DNA from: a virus
Lineage: Duplodnaviria > Caudoviricetes
Reading direction: 5' to 3' (one strand)
DNA: 64,000 bases
IMG/VR virus record: IMGVR_UViG_3300028888_000002
A program made the position numbers and the translations under genes. Under the pieces are notes generated by a model that saw nothing but the letters and a program-made list of their open reading frames with translations, was not told where the DNA came from and made no database searches. Positions 34,854-43,446 of this stretch are shown here, one piece after another; the first letter of the stretch is position 1; each line of letters opens with the position of its first letter.

Positions 34854-37076
34854 TTAGCGACCAAACCTGGCACCCTTGCGTTCCAGGATTTCTGTCAGCA
34901 AGTCGGTGGAAGCGGTTTCCTTTCCGTCCAAAACGCCATCAAGCATTTTCGCCCTAGCGTCCAGGACTTCAATGGCTTCCATATCCACGGTTCCAGGTGC
35001 TACAAGATAGTAAGAAGTGACGGAGTTATGCTGCCCCGACCTGTGCAGACGGTCTTCTGCCTGCCTGTGGAAGTTCGGGGTGTGCGAAAATTCAGCGAAA
35101 GCCACATCGGAGCAGACTTCCTGGAAGCCGTCAATGCCGACACCGCCCGCCTGGATATTGGCGACGATTACACGGCACTTTGGGTCGTTAATGAACTTCT
35201 TACGGGTTTCTTCACGTTCCGTGGCGGTCATACCGCCATAGATAATCGCAGGGCTGTAATCCTTGAGCGTGTCATAGAGGACTTCCACGACGGAGCGGTG
35301 CCACGCAAACAGCAGCAACTTCTTGTCCGATTCCAGGAAGTCTTCAATCCACTGCAACATAGACTTCTCTTTGAGAGCGTAGGCGGTTCGGAGCAGGTGG
35401 GCGACCTTATTGCGGGCGTTCTCACGTTCGCCCTTGATAGTTTCACCCGAAAATGCGATACGTTCCTCTTCGTAGTAATCGTCCATAGCGGATTGGTCCA
35501 CTTCAAGCGGGACGACTTCCATAACTTTGGGCGGGAGGTCTTTCATTACTTCGTTCTTCGTCCTGCGGAGCATACAGCGGACAAGCAGTTCGTGGAGTTC
35601 TTCCACATTGGACGCACCGTTGAACTTTACCCTGCCATAGCTGTCAGTCTGCGGGTCACAATACCTGTTCTTGAACATATAGAAGTTCTTGAACATAGAC
35701 GGCTCCACGATAGAAAGCAGCGTCCAAAACTGCATAGGCTTTGACATAGCGGGCGTTCCGCTCATACCGATACAGTGCGGGATAATCTTTGAGAGTTCCT
35801 TGAAAGCGATAGCTCTTTGAGAGTCGGGGTTTCCGATAGCCTGCACTTCGTCGCCTACAAGCAGACGGAACCCAACCTGGGCAAGCGGACCATCGCACAC
35901 GTAGAACACGTTGGTTTTACCGTTGCGTTCGGTGGACTCAAAGTGCCCCGCCCAATCCGAAAGCACGTCCCAATTTATGATATAGCTCTTATACTTTGAC
36001 AGCGGGTGCGGGGTCTTACCGCTCAACACTTCAACGTCGGGATAATGCTTCTTTGTAGCCCCTACCCATTTCCTATACGCTTCCTGCCACTGCAACTTCG
36101 TAGGGGCGTTCACCACATAAAGAGCGGGATAGGCATTCGCATAGACCATCCAGGACAACGCTTCTACGGTCTTACCGCAGTTGTGGACGACTGTATGGTT
36201 CGCAACAAAGTTCCCGAAATTCAGCACCTTTACGTCGTAGGTCATTCGCATTCCTGCGGACGTGATAGACACGACTTTCGCCATAGCGGACTTGCCGTCC
36301 CTTTCAACCTGGACGTATGCGTTCAAGGTGTCCTTGATTTCGGTCCAACCACTATCCGTAAGCACCTTATGGTCGGGCGTGGCAATAATGTAGGTATCGT
36401 CTTCAAGGGTAGCGTGGACGCAGCGTTTGATACCGCTTTGGATAACGTCCACGACTTCACCCATACCCAACGTATGCCCGTCTGCCAACAAACACTGAAT
36501 ATCCCAATCGCACGTCCCCTTTGTCCTGGCGAAAGCACGATACAGGGATTCCAGGGAAGTCTTGCGGGTCTTCCCGTTATTTCGGACGGTCACGGTCATA
36601 TCGCCACAGACGCAACCCATTTCGTCGCCCAGGGCAAGGCGACCGTGACGGAGCTGTGCGAACTTCAAGAAATCAATTTGGTAAGAACGCAGCCCAGGAA
36701 TAAGGGTTCCTTCGGGGTCCAACTTCGTAGCGTCAATCTTTGCCTGCTGCTTAACACGGGGGTCTTCACGCTTTTCGTTGGGGTCCTTTTCTTTCGGGGG
36801 ATTTGTCCAACCCGAAGCCTCCATCCAGGTCTTCGTCCCAATGTTCCAGGGAACTTCCCATTTTTGAGTCGCAGCGTTGTATTGACGTTCGGGCAGCTTG
36901 CGAACGCCTTCAAGAACTTTCTTCCAGGCATCCTTGTTATACGTGAACCAGGTCAACGCCACAATGGACTTGTCAACTTTCGTAAATTCGGCTTCATATC
37001 GCACACCCGCAATAGGTTCAATGGGCGTGGGGGCACGGCTCAATCTGTCCGACAAGCCAATAAGGTCATAACTCAT
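34854..37076 (-). CDS. SNF2/SMARCAL1-like helicase with HARP-like N-terminus and mini-intein
   Basis: LRSYQ, DEMG|CGKT, DEVQ, MSGTP, LRRTK, AGGVGID, QAEDRLHRSGQ. Confidence 0.9.
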   Translation of the reverse strand: MSYDLIGLSDRLSRAPTPIEPIAGVRYEAEFTKVDKSIVALTWFTYNKDAWKKVLEGVRKLPERQYNAATQKWEVPWNIGTKTWMEASGWTNPPKEKDPNEKREDPRVKQQAKIDATKLDPEGTLIPGLRSYQIDFLKFAQLRHGRLALGDEMGCVCGDMTVTVRNNGKTRKTSLESLYRAFARTKGTCDWDIQCLLADGHTLGMGEVVDVIQSGIKRCVHATLEDDTYIIATPDHKVLTDSGWTEIKDTLNAYVQVERDGKSAMAKVVSITSAGMRMTYDVKVLNFGNFVANHTVVHNCGKTVEALSWMVYANAYPALYVVNAPTKLQWQEAYRKWVGATKKHYPDVEVLSGKTPHPLSKYKSYIINWDVLSDWAGHFESTERNGKTNVFYVCDGPLAQVGFRLLVGDEVQAIGNPDSQRAIAFKELSKIIPHCIGMSGTPAMSKPMQFWTLLSIVEPSMFKNFYMFKNRYCDPQTDSYGRVKFNGASNVEELHELLVRCMLRRTKNEVMKDLPPKVMEVVPLEVDQSAMDDYYEEERIAFSGETIKGERENARNKVAHLLRTAYALKEKSMLQWIEDFLESDKKLLLFAWHRSVVEVLYDTLKDYSPAIIYGGMTATEREETRKKFINDPKCRVIVANIQAGGVGIDGFQEVCSDVAFAEFSHTPNFHRQAEDRLHRSGQHNSVTSYYLVAPGTVDMEAIEVLDARAKMLDGVLDGKETASTDLLTEILERKGARFGR
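36180..36614 (-). mobile_element. mini-intein (145 aa, no homing endonuclease) in the helicase Walker A motif
   Basis: Starts CVCGDMTV (block A), ATPDHKVLT (block B TxxH), TYDVKV..NFVAN (block F), VVHN|C (block G). Confidence 0.92.
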
Positions 37077-37079
37077 ATC

Positions 37080-38135
37080 TTAACCATTCCTATAATCGGG
37101 GATTGTTACGTTACGGTTCGTTCGGCACCACTGCACGAAACGGAACCACCTTTCATTTCCAGGATAGATAAACGTCAATGGAAGCACCTTGCCGTTGGCA
37201 GACGCATTCCATTCTTTCACAAGCGTTACCGCCATACCTACGTCGGCAAGACGGACCCTGTTATCCACCACGGACATAAGCATATCACGGTTGGCGTAAT
37301 ACCAATCCACAAACTTCTTTACACCGTTCCAATAGGTAGCCATAGAAGTGGACGGCATACCCCGCAGGTATTCCGAATCCTTGATAGCCTGTTCCGCAGC
37401 GGTTACAGCCAACTTCGGGAGTGCGGATTTGATAGCGGTGTCCTTGTTCATTTCCCACAGGACCTCGCAAAACGGACTCCATTCCGTGCCCGCCTTTGTC
37501 TGCGAGCAAAGGAACGAAGCCAGGGACTTGCGGGGTATCTTCCCGTTCTCAATGGGCGGGAACCAATACCCGCCATTCTTGTGGGCGTTTTCCACGTAGT
37601 CCAGGCATTTTTCAATAGTGTCTAGGGCAGACGGAATGTCGGCAAACTTTTCTTTCAAGAGAGTGGGACCGCCCCCTTTCTGTTCGGTCTTCGCCAACCA
37701 TTTCTTGTCCCACTTGTGGGAGTTCACGAAAAATCCCGTCGCAAGCCAAACGACTTCACGGCAGGTCGTGTCCCAAACATTACTGCTCAACTTCGTTACG
37801 GACAGGAACGAATAGGACTGCGTGAGTTCGTGAAGCCTGCTCAAATCGGCATCGGACATACTGTCCTTATGGGCGACCAGGTGCAGGTTAAATCCACGCT
37901 TGGGGGCTTCTGCTTTTGGCTTCGGCTTGGGCTGCTTCGGTCGGTCCTCACGGATTGTTGCGTGGGTTCGGACAACAGAAAAACGGGGGGCAGCGAACTG
38001 TTCCGTGAACAGGTCTTGTGCTTCCAGGCGAACTTCAAGAATATCCTTGCCACGGACGACGACACGGGCAGAAACGCCCTCGTTTTTCAGCCATTCGTTC
38101 AACTTGGGCAAAAGTGTGTTAGCTGTTTCTGCCAT
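37080..38135 (-). CDS. hypothetical protein in the replication block
   Basis: Long ORF; start MAETAN overlapping the upstream stop. Confidence 0.7.
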   Translation of the reverse strand: MAETANTLLPKLNEWLKNEGVSARVVVRGKDILEVRLEAQDLFTEQFAAPRFSVVRTHATIREDRPKQPKPKPKAEAPKRGFNLHLVAHKDSMSDADLSRLHELTQSYSFLSVTKLSSNVWDTTCREVVWLATGFFVNSHKWDKKWLAKTEQKGGGPTLLKEKFADIPSALDTIEKCLDYVENAHKNGGYWFPPIENGKIPRKSLASFLCSQTKAGTEWSPFCEVLWEMNKDTAIKSALPKLAVTAAEQAIKDSEYLRGMPSTSMATYWNGVKKFVDWYYANRDMLMSVVDNRVRLADVGMAVTLVKEWNASANGKVLPLTFIYPGNERWFRFVQWCRTNRNVTIPDYRNG

Positions 38136-38515
38136 CACGCACCCTTTAACGTCTTCCACTTTTGCAGCATTTGTTCAAACGTGCCCAACGGTATCGGGCA
38201 GGTCTTGATAAAGATATTCCCCAATTTCTTCTGTGACAAATCCGCTTCGGACAATGCAGGAGCTATCGGGAGCATTTTGCCACGATAGAGCGGGTCAAAC
38301 CATACAGCGGACGGCTTCCACTTGCGTCGCTGCATTTCACGGATTACCTTGCCGTGATACCAAACCAATGAACCCCAGGGGAGTGCATAGAACCAGGTCC
38401 TCACATTCGTGGGGCTACGCCACTGCGACGAGCGGATTTTACAAATGTCCCTGTGCAGGGCTGTCAGCAGCCTGTCGGGTAGTTCGGGTAAAAGATTAGG
38501 GTGCCAAAGTTGCAT
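38135..38515 (-). CDS. pyrimidine-dimer DNA glycosylase/DenV-related (TIGR02328-like) protein
   Basis: MQLWHPNLLPELP..LL...HRD...YH..V.REM.RR.W....W.DP.YRGK. Confidence 0.7.
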   Translation of the reverse strand: MQLWHPNLLPELPDRLLTALHRDICKIRSSQWRSPTNVRTWFYALPWGSLVWYHGKVIREMQRRKWKPSAVWFDPLYRGKMLPIAPALSEADLSQKKLGNIFIKTCPIPLGTFEQMLQKWKTLKGA

Positions 38516-38780
38516 TAGTCGTGTCCTTGTCTTGTAAATTTTTTATGACGCTAACGATTTCGTCAATAGAATCACAGCCGTCAAAAGAGCCGTCCTGGAC
38601 AGTAATAAAGAAATCGGATTCCACGTCGCATTCCAAAAACAGCCTATCTACGTTGTCAAAGCAGGTAACGCTAGACAGGCGTTCGGAATTTTCCAGGCAT
38701 TCCCGTGTGGTGCCGTATTGGTTTTCAAACCAATCTAGCACCCATTCTTTGATATTGGTCGTGTTGGTTAAGTCTTTCAT
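38496..38780 (-). CDS. acyl-carrier-protein-like protein lacking the DSL serine
   Basis: Acidic 94 aa; FDNVDRLFLECDVESDFFITVQDGSFDGCDSIDEIVSVI aligns with ACP DSLDxxELxxxxExxFxIxIxDxxxxxxxTVxxxVxxI. Confidence 0.55.
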   Translation of the reverse strand: MKDLTNTTNIKEWVLDWFENQYGTTRECLENSERLSSVTCFDNVDRLFLECDVESDFFITVQDGSFDGCDSIDEIVSVIKNLQDKDTTNATLAP

Positions 38781-38822
38781 AGCTCACTACTACATATATA
38801 GCAAGATACCGCCAAACTTGCA

Positions 38823-39257
38823 CTAATGGTCGGTTTCGGTTTCCTTGACAAGCCAATAGGTTCCGTAACGCTTGCCCGTTCGGGGGTCCTTGTCGGTCCT
38901 GCATTCAATATGCAGACCCAACTTCTTCAAGTTGAAAATTTGGGCACTCAAACGGAAGCAGCCGAACATTTCCAGGGCATCAAGCGGTGTAATCGTGTGC
39001 CCGCCCTCAAGCCATTCCTTGATAGAGAGCATTTGCGACTTCTGCGACGACTTGTCAATCTGCCAGGACGGTTGAACGCCACTTTGGTCTGCCGTGGGCT
39101 TGACCTGCAAATTGAGCAGCAGGGCATCGGGTGTAATCGGGGTCCAATCCTTAACTACAAGGTCGGACTTGCCCTTGAACTTGATATAGATTTTCTTCGG
39201 GAGTTTACCCTCGTAGGCTTCTATGAGTTCCTGCGGAACGATAAACGGTTCTGTCAT
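38823..39257 (-). CDS. winged helix-turn-helix protein
   Basis: SQ...I...L..G.TITPLDAL.MFGCFRLSA.I..LK..G..I. Confidence 0.75.
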   Translation of the reverse strand: MTEPFIVPQELIEAYEGKLPKKIYIKFKGKSDLVVKDWTPITPDALLLNLQVKPTADQSGVQPSWQIDKSSQKSQMLSIKEWLEGGHTITPLDALEMFGCFRLSAQIFNLKKLGLHIECRTDKDPRTGKRYGTYWLVKETETDH

Positions 39258-39281
39258 TGTGCTATCCTCGGTTTAGGGTTA

Positions 39282-40391
39282 TTACGACATAGGTGCAAAC
39301 AGAGTAGTCGCTTTGCCGTCCGTCCACACGGTCGGGTGTGTCAAGAACTTCGTAGCCTTGAACACTACGGGTGAATTGTCGTCAAAGCGTTCCATAAGTT
39401 TAAGAAGTGCCAAAGCGTCCATTTTGACACCCGTGTAGTTGTCAAATGCGTAGTCCGACGGGACCGCCTGCACACCCAGGTATTCCGTGCCATACGTGAG
39501 CATTACAGGGCAGAACCCCTTTGTCGTATGCTTCACGATTACGGACAAGCGTTTCAGTTCGTCACGGAGCGACTTTACGTTCACTTTAAGGACCGTGGTG
39601 AACTTGTCCTGGGTATCAACGATATGGTGGAAATCGGGGTAGGTCCCGCCAACGAACGCACCATACACAGAGAACTGCTTACCCTCAAAACTGTAATGCC
39701 CTACGTGCAACATAAGGTTACAGTCAGTGCCTAGCAGGGACATAGCCTTGAACGCCTTGCACGGAATGGCACGACGGAATGTAGGTTCCTGGACTAGACT
39801 TGTGTAAATGAGTGCGTGGCGGTCCGTCGCAGCGAACCCGTGATTTACGTCGCTGCTTTCAAACAGAATGCTGTTCAATGCCGTGTATTGGGTGTCTTCA
39901 ATGCACAGGGGCGAAATGTATTTGTGGATATACTTAATGTCATATTCCGTCATAGTTACCCACCCCTCGTCCGTATCAATGGGGATAACTAGCGTCGGGC
40001 AGTCCTTACCAGGAACGCCCGCAATCTTACCGCAGGTCAAGCAGTTGTCCTTGAACACCAGGGCTGTGCCCTCACGTTCCACCAGGAACACACCGCTGCT
40101 GCGGGGAGCCTTTGCGAGCATATTTTCCAAAGTCGGGTATTCAACAGCCAGGTCAATTTCCCCACTTCCACGAAGCCCTTTCAACGAAAGGTCAGCGTAG
40201 CATTCCGTATCGGTCACACGGATAAAGCCGTCCCCGTCCTTATAGTAGATACGGACAAACTTTAAAATTTGGACGGTTGTCCTCTTCGGGACAATGCAGT
40301 TCACGGCAGAAATGAACCGTGCGAGCAGGTCACGGGAAATGCTAAACGACGCTTCGGCTGTCTTTGATTTCAATGCAAGATTAAAAGCCAT
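39282..40391 (-). CDS. sliding clamp, DnaN/beta-like (clamp 2)
   Basis: FSISRDLL...VPKRTTVQIL...VTDTE; ALNSILFE; AATDRHAL; GTYPDFHHIV; C-terminal LFAPM. Confidence 0.8.
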   Translation of the reverse strand: MAFNLALKSKTAEASFSISRDLLARFISAVNCIVPKRTTVQILKFVRIYYKDGDGFIRVTDTECYADLSLKGLRGSGEIDLAVEYPTLENMLAKAPRSSGVFLVEREGTALVFKDNCLTCGKIAGVPGKDCPTLVIPIDTDEGWVTMTEYDIKYIHKYISPLCIEDTQYTALNSILFESSDVNHGFAATDRHALIYTSLVQEPTFRRAIPCKAFKAMSLLGTDCNLMLHVGHYSFEGKQFSVYGAFVGGTYPDFHHIVDTQDKFTTVLKVNVKSLRDELKRLSVIVKHTTKGFCPVMLTYGTEYLGVQAVPSDYAFDNYTGVKMDALALLKLMERFDDNSPVVFKATKFLTHPTVWTDGKATTLFAPMS

Positions 40392-40392
40392 A

Positions 40393-40641
40393 CTATAACC
40401 CGTAGGAAAGTTTTACTTGTTGCAGTTTATTCTTAAATTCGTCGGTGGTCCAATCGTGCTTACCGCAGAAGTCCTCGCCCCGTCCCCAGGCAACGCACTT
40501 GTCGTCCCACAGGTGAGCAACAAAGTAGCCCACTCCCGACGTAAAGACACGTAAGCACGGGTGCTTCTTTTTCGCTGCACCCTTGATAGTGCAATCGGGG
40601 AATACTTCCTTGCAGATAGAAACAAACTCTTTGGCTTCCAT
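40393..40641 (-). CDS. hypothetical protein
   Basis: ORF between primase and clamp 2. Confidence 0.55.
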   Translation of the reverse strand: MEAKEFVSICKEVFPDCTIKGAAKKKHPCLRVFTSGVGYFVAHLWDDKCVAWGRGEDFCGKHDWTTDEFKNKLQQVKLSYGL

Positions 40642-40654
40642 AATCACCCCTGGG

Positions 40655-41587
40655 TTAAATCATATCCAATTCTTTCATAACGCTGCGGGCTTCGTCGGGC
40701 GTAAGGTCGCCAGGGTCACGGGGGTTCCCTTTAGCGTCAAGCCCAAATTCAGCAGCACACACTTCAACGGAGCAGCCACAGGCTGAAATATCCCTGGCGT
40801 ATTCACGGGCGTGTTCCTGGGCTTCGGGTTCGGGGTCAAACAGGAACACCACTTCTTTCCACATAGAAATCAAGTTCACCTGTTCACGGGTAAGGGAAGT
40901 CCCGAACGTTGCGACGGAGCCTGGACCCATACGCCATTGGTCAAACACGCCTTCCACGACCACGATACGGTCCTTGTTTCGGGCAAGTTCGGCACCATAC
41001 AGCAGGTGCTTATGGTGGACCACGGCTTTATCCACGGGGCAGCACTTGTAGCGTAAATCCTGCATTCCCGTATAGTCACGCCCCTGGAACGTGCAAAGGT
41101 TCCCCCAAACGTCGTAAACGGGGATTATGACACGGAAACGAAAGTCAATCCCTTGCCAATATCCAATATCGGTAGTCCCCAGGATTCCGTGATAGAACTC
41201 CAATTCTTCGGGGTCAAACTTTCGGACTTCGCTCAAATAGCGACGGTGGCATTCCTTTAACGGCTCGCCTGGAAGCGTGATACTCTTTACGTTAGACTTG
41301 TGCGTTTGTTCCGCTTGCAGAAACGGATTGATACCCTTTGAATACTTCTGTATAAGCTGCCGTGCCGTGTCCATAGGGATATGGGCAGCAAGCGACACAG
41401 CCTTTACAGGGTGCCCGCCTTTGCAACGCCAACATTGGTAATCCCCTTTAGCTATACCAAAAGAACCGTGGTTACTATGGTCCGAACAAAAGGGGCACTG
41501 TATGTTAATCCTACCAGGTGAGCAGTTTTTACCTTCATCCCAATACGGCACATTAAGGTCAGTGAATAAACTTTTCCAATCAATCAT
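40655..41587 (-). CDS. DNA primase (zinc finger + TOPRIM)
   Basis: CPFC..H...CWRC; RVIIPV..FQGR; VVVEGVFD; GTSLTREQ; FLFDPE. Confidence 0.88.
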   Translation of the reverse strand: MIDWKSLFTDLNVPYWDEGKNCSPGRINIQCPFCSDHSNHGSFGIAKGDYQCWRCKGGHPVKAVSLAAHIPMDTARQLIQKYSKGINPFLQAEQTHKSNVKSITLPGEPLKECHRRYLSEVRKFDPEELEFYHGILGTTDIGYWQGIDFRFRVIIPVYDVWGNLCTFQGRDYTGMQDLRYKCCPVDKAVVHHKHLLYGAELARNKDRIVVVEGVFDQWRMGPGSVATFGTSLTREQVNLISMWKEVVFLFDPEPEAQEHAREYARDISACGCSVEVCAAEFGLDAKGNPRDPGDLTPDEARSVMKELDMI

Positions 41588-42222
41588 TGTGCTTTCCTTT
41601 GTTGAGCAAGCAACGACCTAAATGGCTTCCAACTTAATTCACCCCCATTAGCTTTATATTGCTTATAGGCTTCTAAATCCCTGTGAATACTTGCGGTTGC
41701 TTTTTTAGTCATAGCTTTACGGTATTCTGTATTAGTCCCCCACAGACGCTTAATAACTTCTGCGTGTTCCTCACGCTTTTCAGCAGTCCATATCCGTTCT
41801 TGTGCATTATGCAGCTTACTATGGAACTCTTTTGTAGCCCGTATAGCTGCACAGGCTTCTTTAACGTGCAGGGTATGTTCGGGCGATTGCTTTACGCCTG
41901 TCTTTGCTTCGCTAATGTGCTGTCGGTGTTCTACCGTAAATTCGGGGACGTGCCCTTTCCCCCATAAGGTTTGTTTATACTTATCGGATAAATCCCTTGT
42001 AGAGTGCGTTCGGTTATGCTCCCGCCCGTTCATAAATACCAACTCACACGCAGGTCTGTTATAGAGTAACCCTAATTCCATAAGGTCCTTACGGGATAAA
42101 CCCATATCTTCAAACCTATGGTGAATATGGTATTTTTCTAAAGATTCCGTCGCTTCTTTAAACCCTTGAATAGTATCAATAGGCTCACAACAGTAAGCTA
42201 CCGCTTGCTTCTTGCTAAACAT
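41584..42222 (-). CDS. free-standing HNH homing endonuclease with NUMOD3-like repeats
   Basis: YHIHH...ELVFMNGREHNRTH; EHRQHISEAKTGVKQSPEH; more AT-rich than neighbours. Confidence 0.75.
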   Translation of the reverse strand: MFSKKQAVAYCCEPIDTIQGFKEATESLEKYHIHHRFEDMGLSRKDLMELGLLYNRPACELVFMNGREHNRTHSTRDLSDKYKQTLWGKGHVPEFTVEHRQHISEAKTGVKQSPEHTLHVKEACAAIRATKEFHSKLHNAQERIWTAEKREEHAEVIKRLWGTNTEYRKAMTKKATASIHRDLEAYKQYKANGGELSWKPFRSLLAQQRKAQ

Positions 42223-42226
42223 AAAA

Positions 42227-42286
42227 AGCCACCTCCAATTTGTTGGGGTTATTTACGCCCCGACGATGCATCAAATCGGAGGGGCT
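42227..42286 (-). promoter_or_regulatory. RBS-sequestering hairpin upstream of the HNH gene
   Basis: AGCC-CCTCCGATTTG pairs with CAAATTGGAGG-TGGCT, covering the GGAGG SD just before the ATG. Confidence 0.7.
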
Positions 42287-42331
42287 GTTTTTAATATAGC
42301 AACATTGCAACATTCTAGCAATTACCGAAGT

Positions 42332-42631
42332 TTAAACGTCAACCTTAATGCTGTCAAGATACTGCTGAATGATAGCGTGAACACGCTGACGGGATATGCC
42401 CTCGTTAATGGCAATCTGCGAATAAGACATACCCTTTTCGTGCATTTCGTAGAACTTCTTTCCACGCAGGTCACGGTCTTCGGTAATCTTGCCCTTTACA
42501 GGACGGAAGCCCTGGTGCAAATGGGCACGGGCAAAATAGGCACATTGGGCATAAGTTTTGCCCTTCGGGATTTTGTTGTTCTTGACGGCTTCAATCTGTG
42601 TAGCCGTCCAATTCTTGTATGGAGTCAACAT
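42332..42631 (-). CDS. small HTH DNA-binding protein (sigma region 4-like)
   Basis: GMSYSQIAINEGISRQRVHAII. Confidence 0.7.
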   Translation of the reverse strand: MLTPYKNWTATQIEAVKNNKIPKGKTYAQCAYFARAHLHQGFRPVKGKITEDRDLRGKKFYEMHEKGMSYSQIAINEGISRQRVHAIIQQYLDSIKVDV

Positions 42632-42641
42632 ATAGCACCTC

Positions 42642-42773
42642 TCATTTATAAAACAATTCTTGTATCATTGTTACAGCATATAGAGCGAATATGGATATTG
42701 CTATCATCGTGACGAGAATACACACGACGACAAAAGATATGGTCCCTAACGCTCTTAATCCACGCCAAAACAT
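42642..42773 (-). CDS. 43-aa single-TM peptide (not in ORF track)
   Basis: MFWRGLRALGTISFVVVCILVTMIAISIFALYAVTMIQELFYK; follows the promoter at 42785. Confidence 0.45.
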   Translation of the reverse strand: MFWRGLRALGTISFVVVCILVTMIAISIFALYAVTMIQELFYK

Positions 42774-42802
42774 CTGTCAATACCTATATAGCAACAAAGC
42801 TG

Positions 42803-42958
42803 CTATTCTTCGTCTTCCCGCAGCAATTCCAGGTGAGTAGTCGTCGTGGGCGGTTGCATAGCCATAAACGCTTCTGCCTTTGATTCCGTCGTGAAAAGAC
42901 GATACTTTGGCTTGTATGCGGGGTTAGTAGATTCACAGACTACCAAAAACTTAATCAT
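42803..42958 (-). CDS. 51-aa hypothetical protein (not in ORF track)
   Basis: ATGA overlap with the upstream stop; GGAGG RBS. Confidence 0.5.
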   Translation of the reverse strand: MIKFLVVCESTNPAYKPKYRLFTTESKAEAFMAMQPPTTTTHLELLREDEE

Positions 42959-43446
42959 TGCAATTCCCTCCCACAAATGGGACAGAACAAGATACTATCG
43001 CTAGAAATCTGCAAGTCTTCGTTGAGTGGTGACGCTTTAAGGACATAGCCCTTTTCACTGTCACGGACAACCTGGAACGTGCTGTCGTCCCCGAAGTCTT
43101 CGCCCCCGATACCCACTTCAAGCAGACCGCAGTTGCAGTGCGGGCACTTGTTGGGTATCATAGCCTTTGCCTTTTCGGTCAGCTTCAATCCCAGGGGGTT
43201 CTTACCAATGTCAGCCCTGGCACGGTAGTTACGCTCAAGCTGCATAGCGTCGTTGGCTAGGTCGTAAAGGTGAGAATGGATTACCTGGAAGTCAAGGTAG
43301 CAGGAATGGACCACATCAAGTTTTTCCTTGTATTCGGGGTGTTCCTTAATAAGTTCTTCCAGGAACTTGCCACAGTCCAATTCGTTCGCCTTACGGACAA
43401 GGGGCTTCAAACTCTTTGCGTAGTCGTGGAAATCCTTGAAGTTCAT
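42955..43446 (-). CDS. hypothetical protein with C-terminal zinc ribbon (FCPICGR)
   Basis: CPHC...ILFCPICGRELQ. Confidence 0.65.
   Translation of the reverse strand: MNFKDFHDYAKSLKPLVRKANELDCGKFLEELIKEHPEYKEKLDVVHSCYLDFQVIHSHLYDLANDAMQLERNYRARADIGKNPLGLKLTEKAKAMIPNKCPHCNCGLLEVGIGGEDFGDDSTFQVVRDSEKGYVLKASPLNEDLQISSDSILFCPICGRELQ

Noticed and set aside
36006-37625. Long plus-strand ORFs (539 aa here; also 28731..29690, 48401..49396, 31581..32372)
   Set aside because: They are antisense shadows of well-supported minus-strand genes, with no motifs, RBS or promoters.
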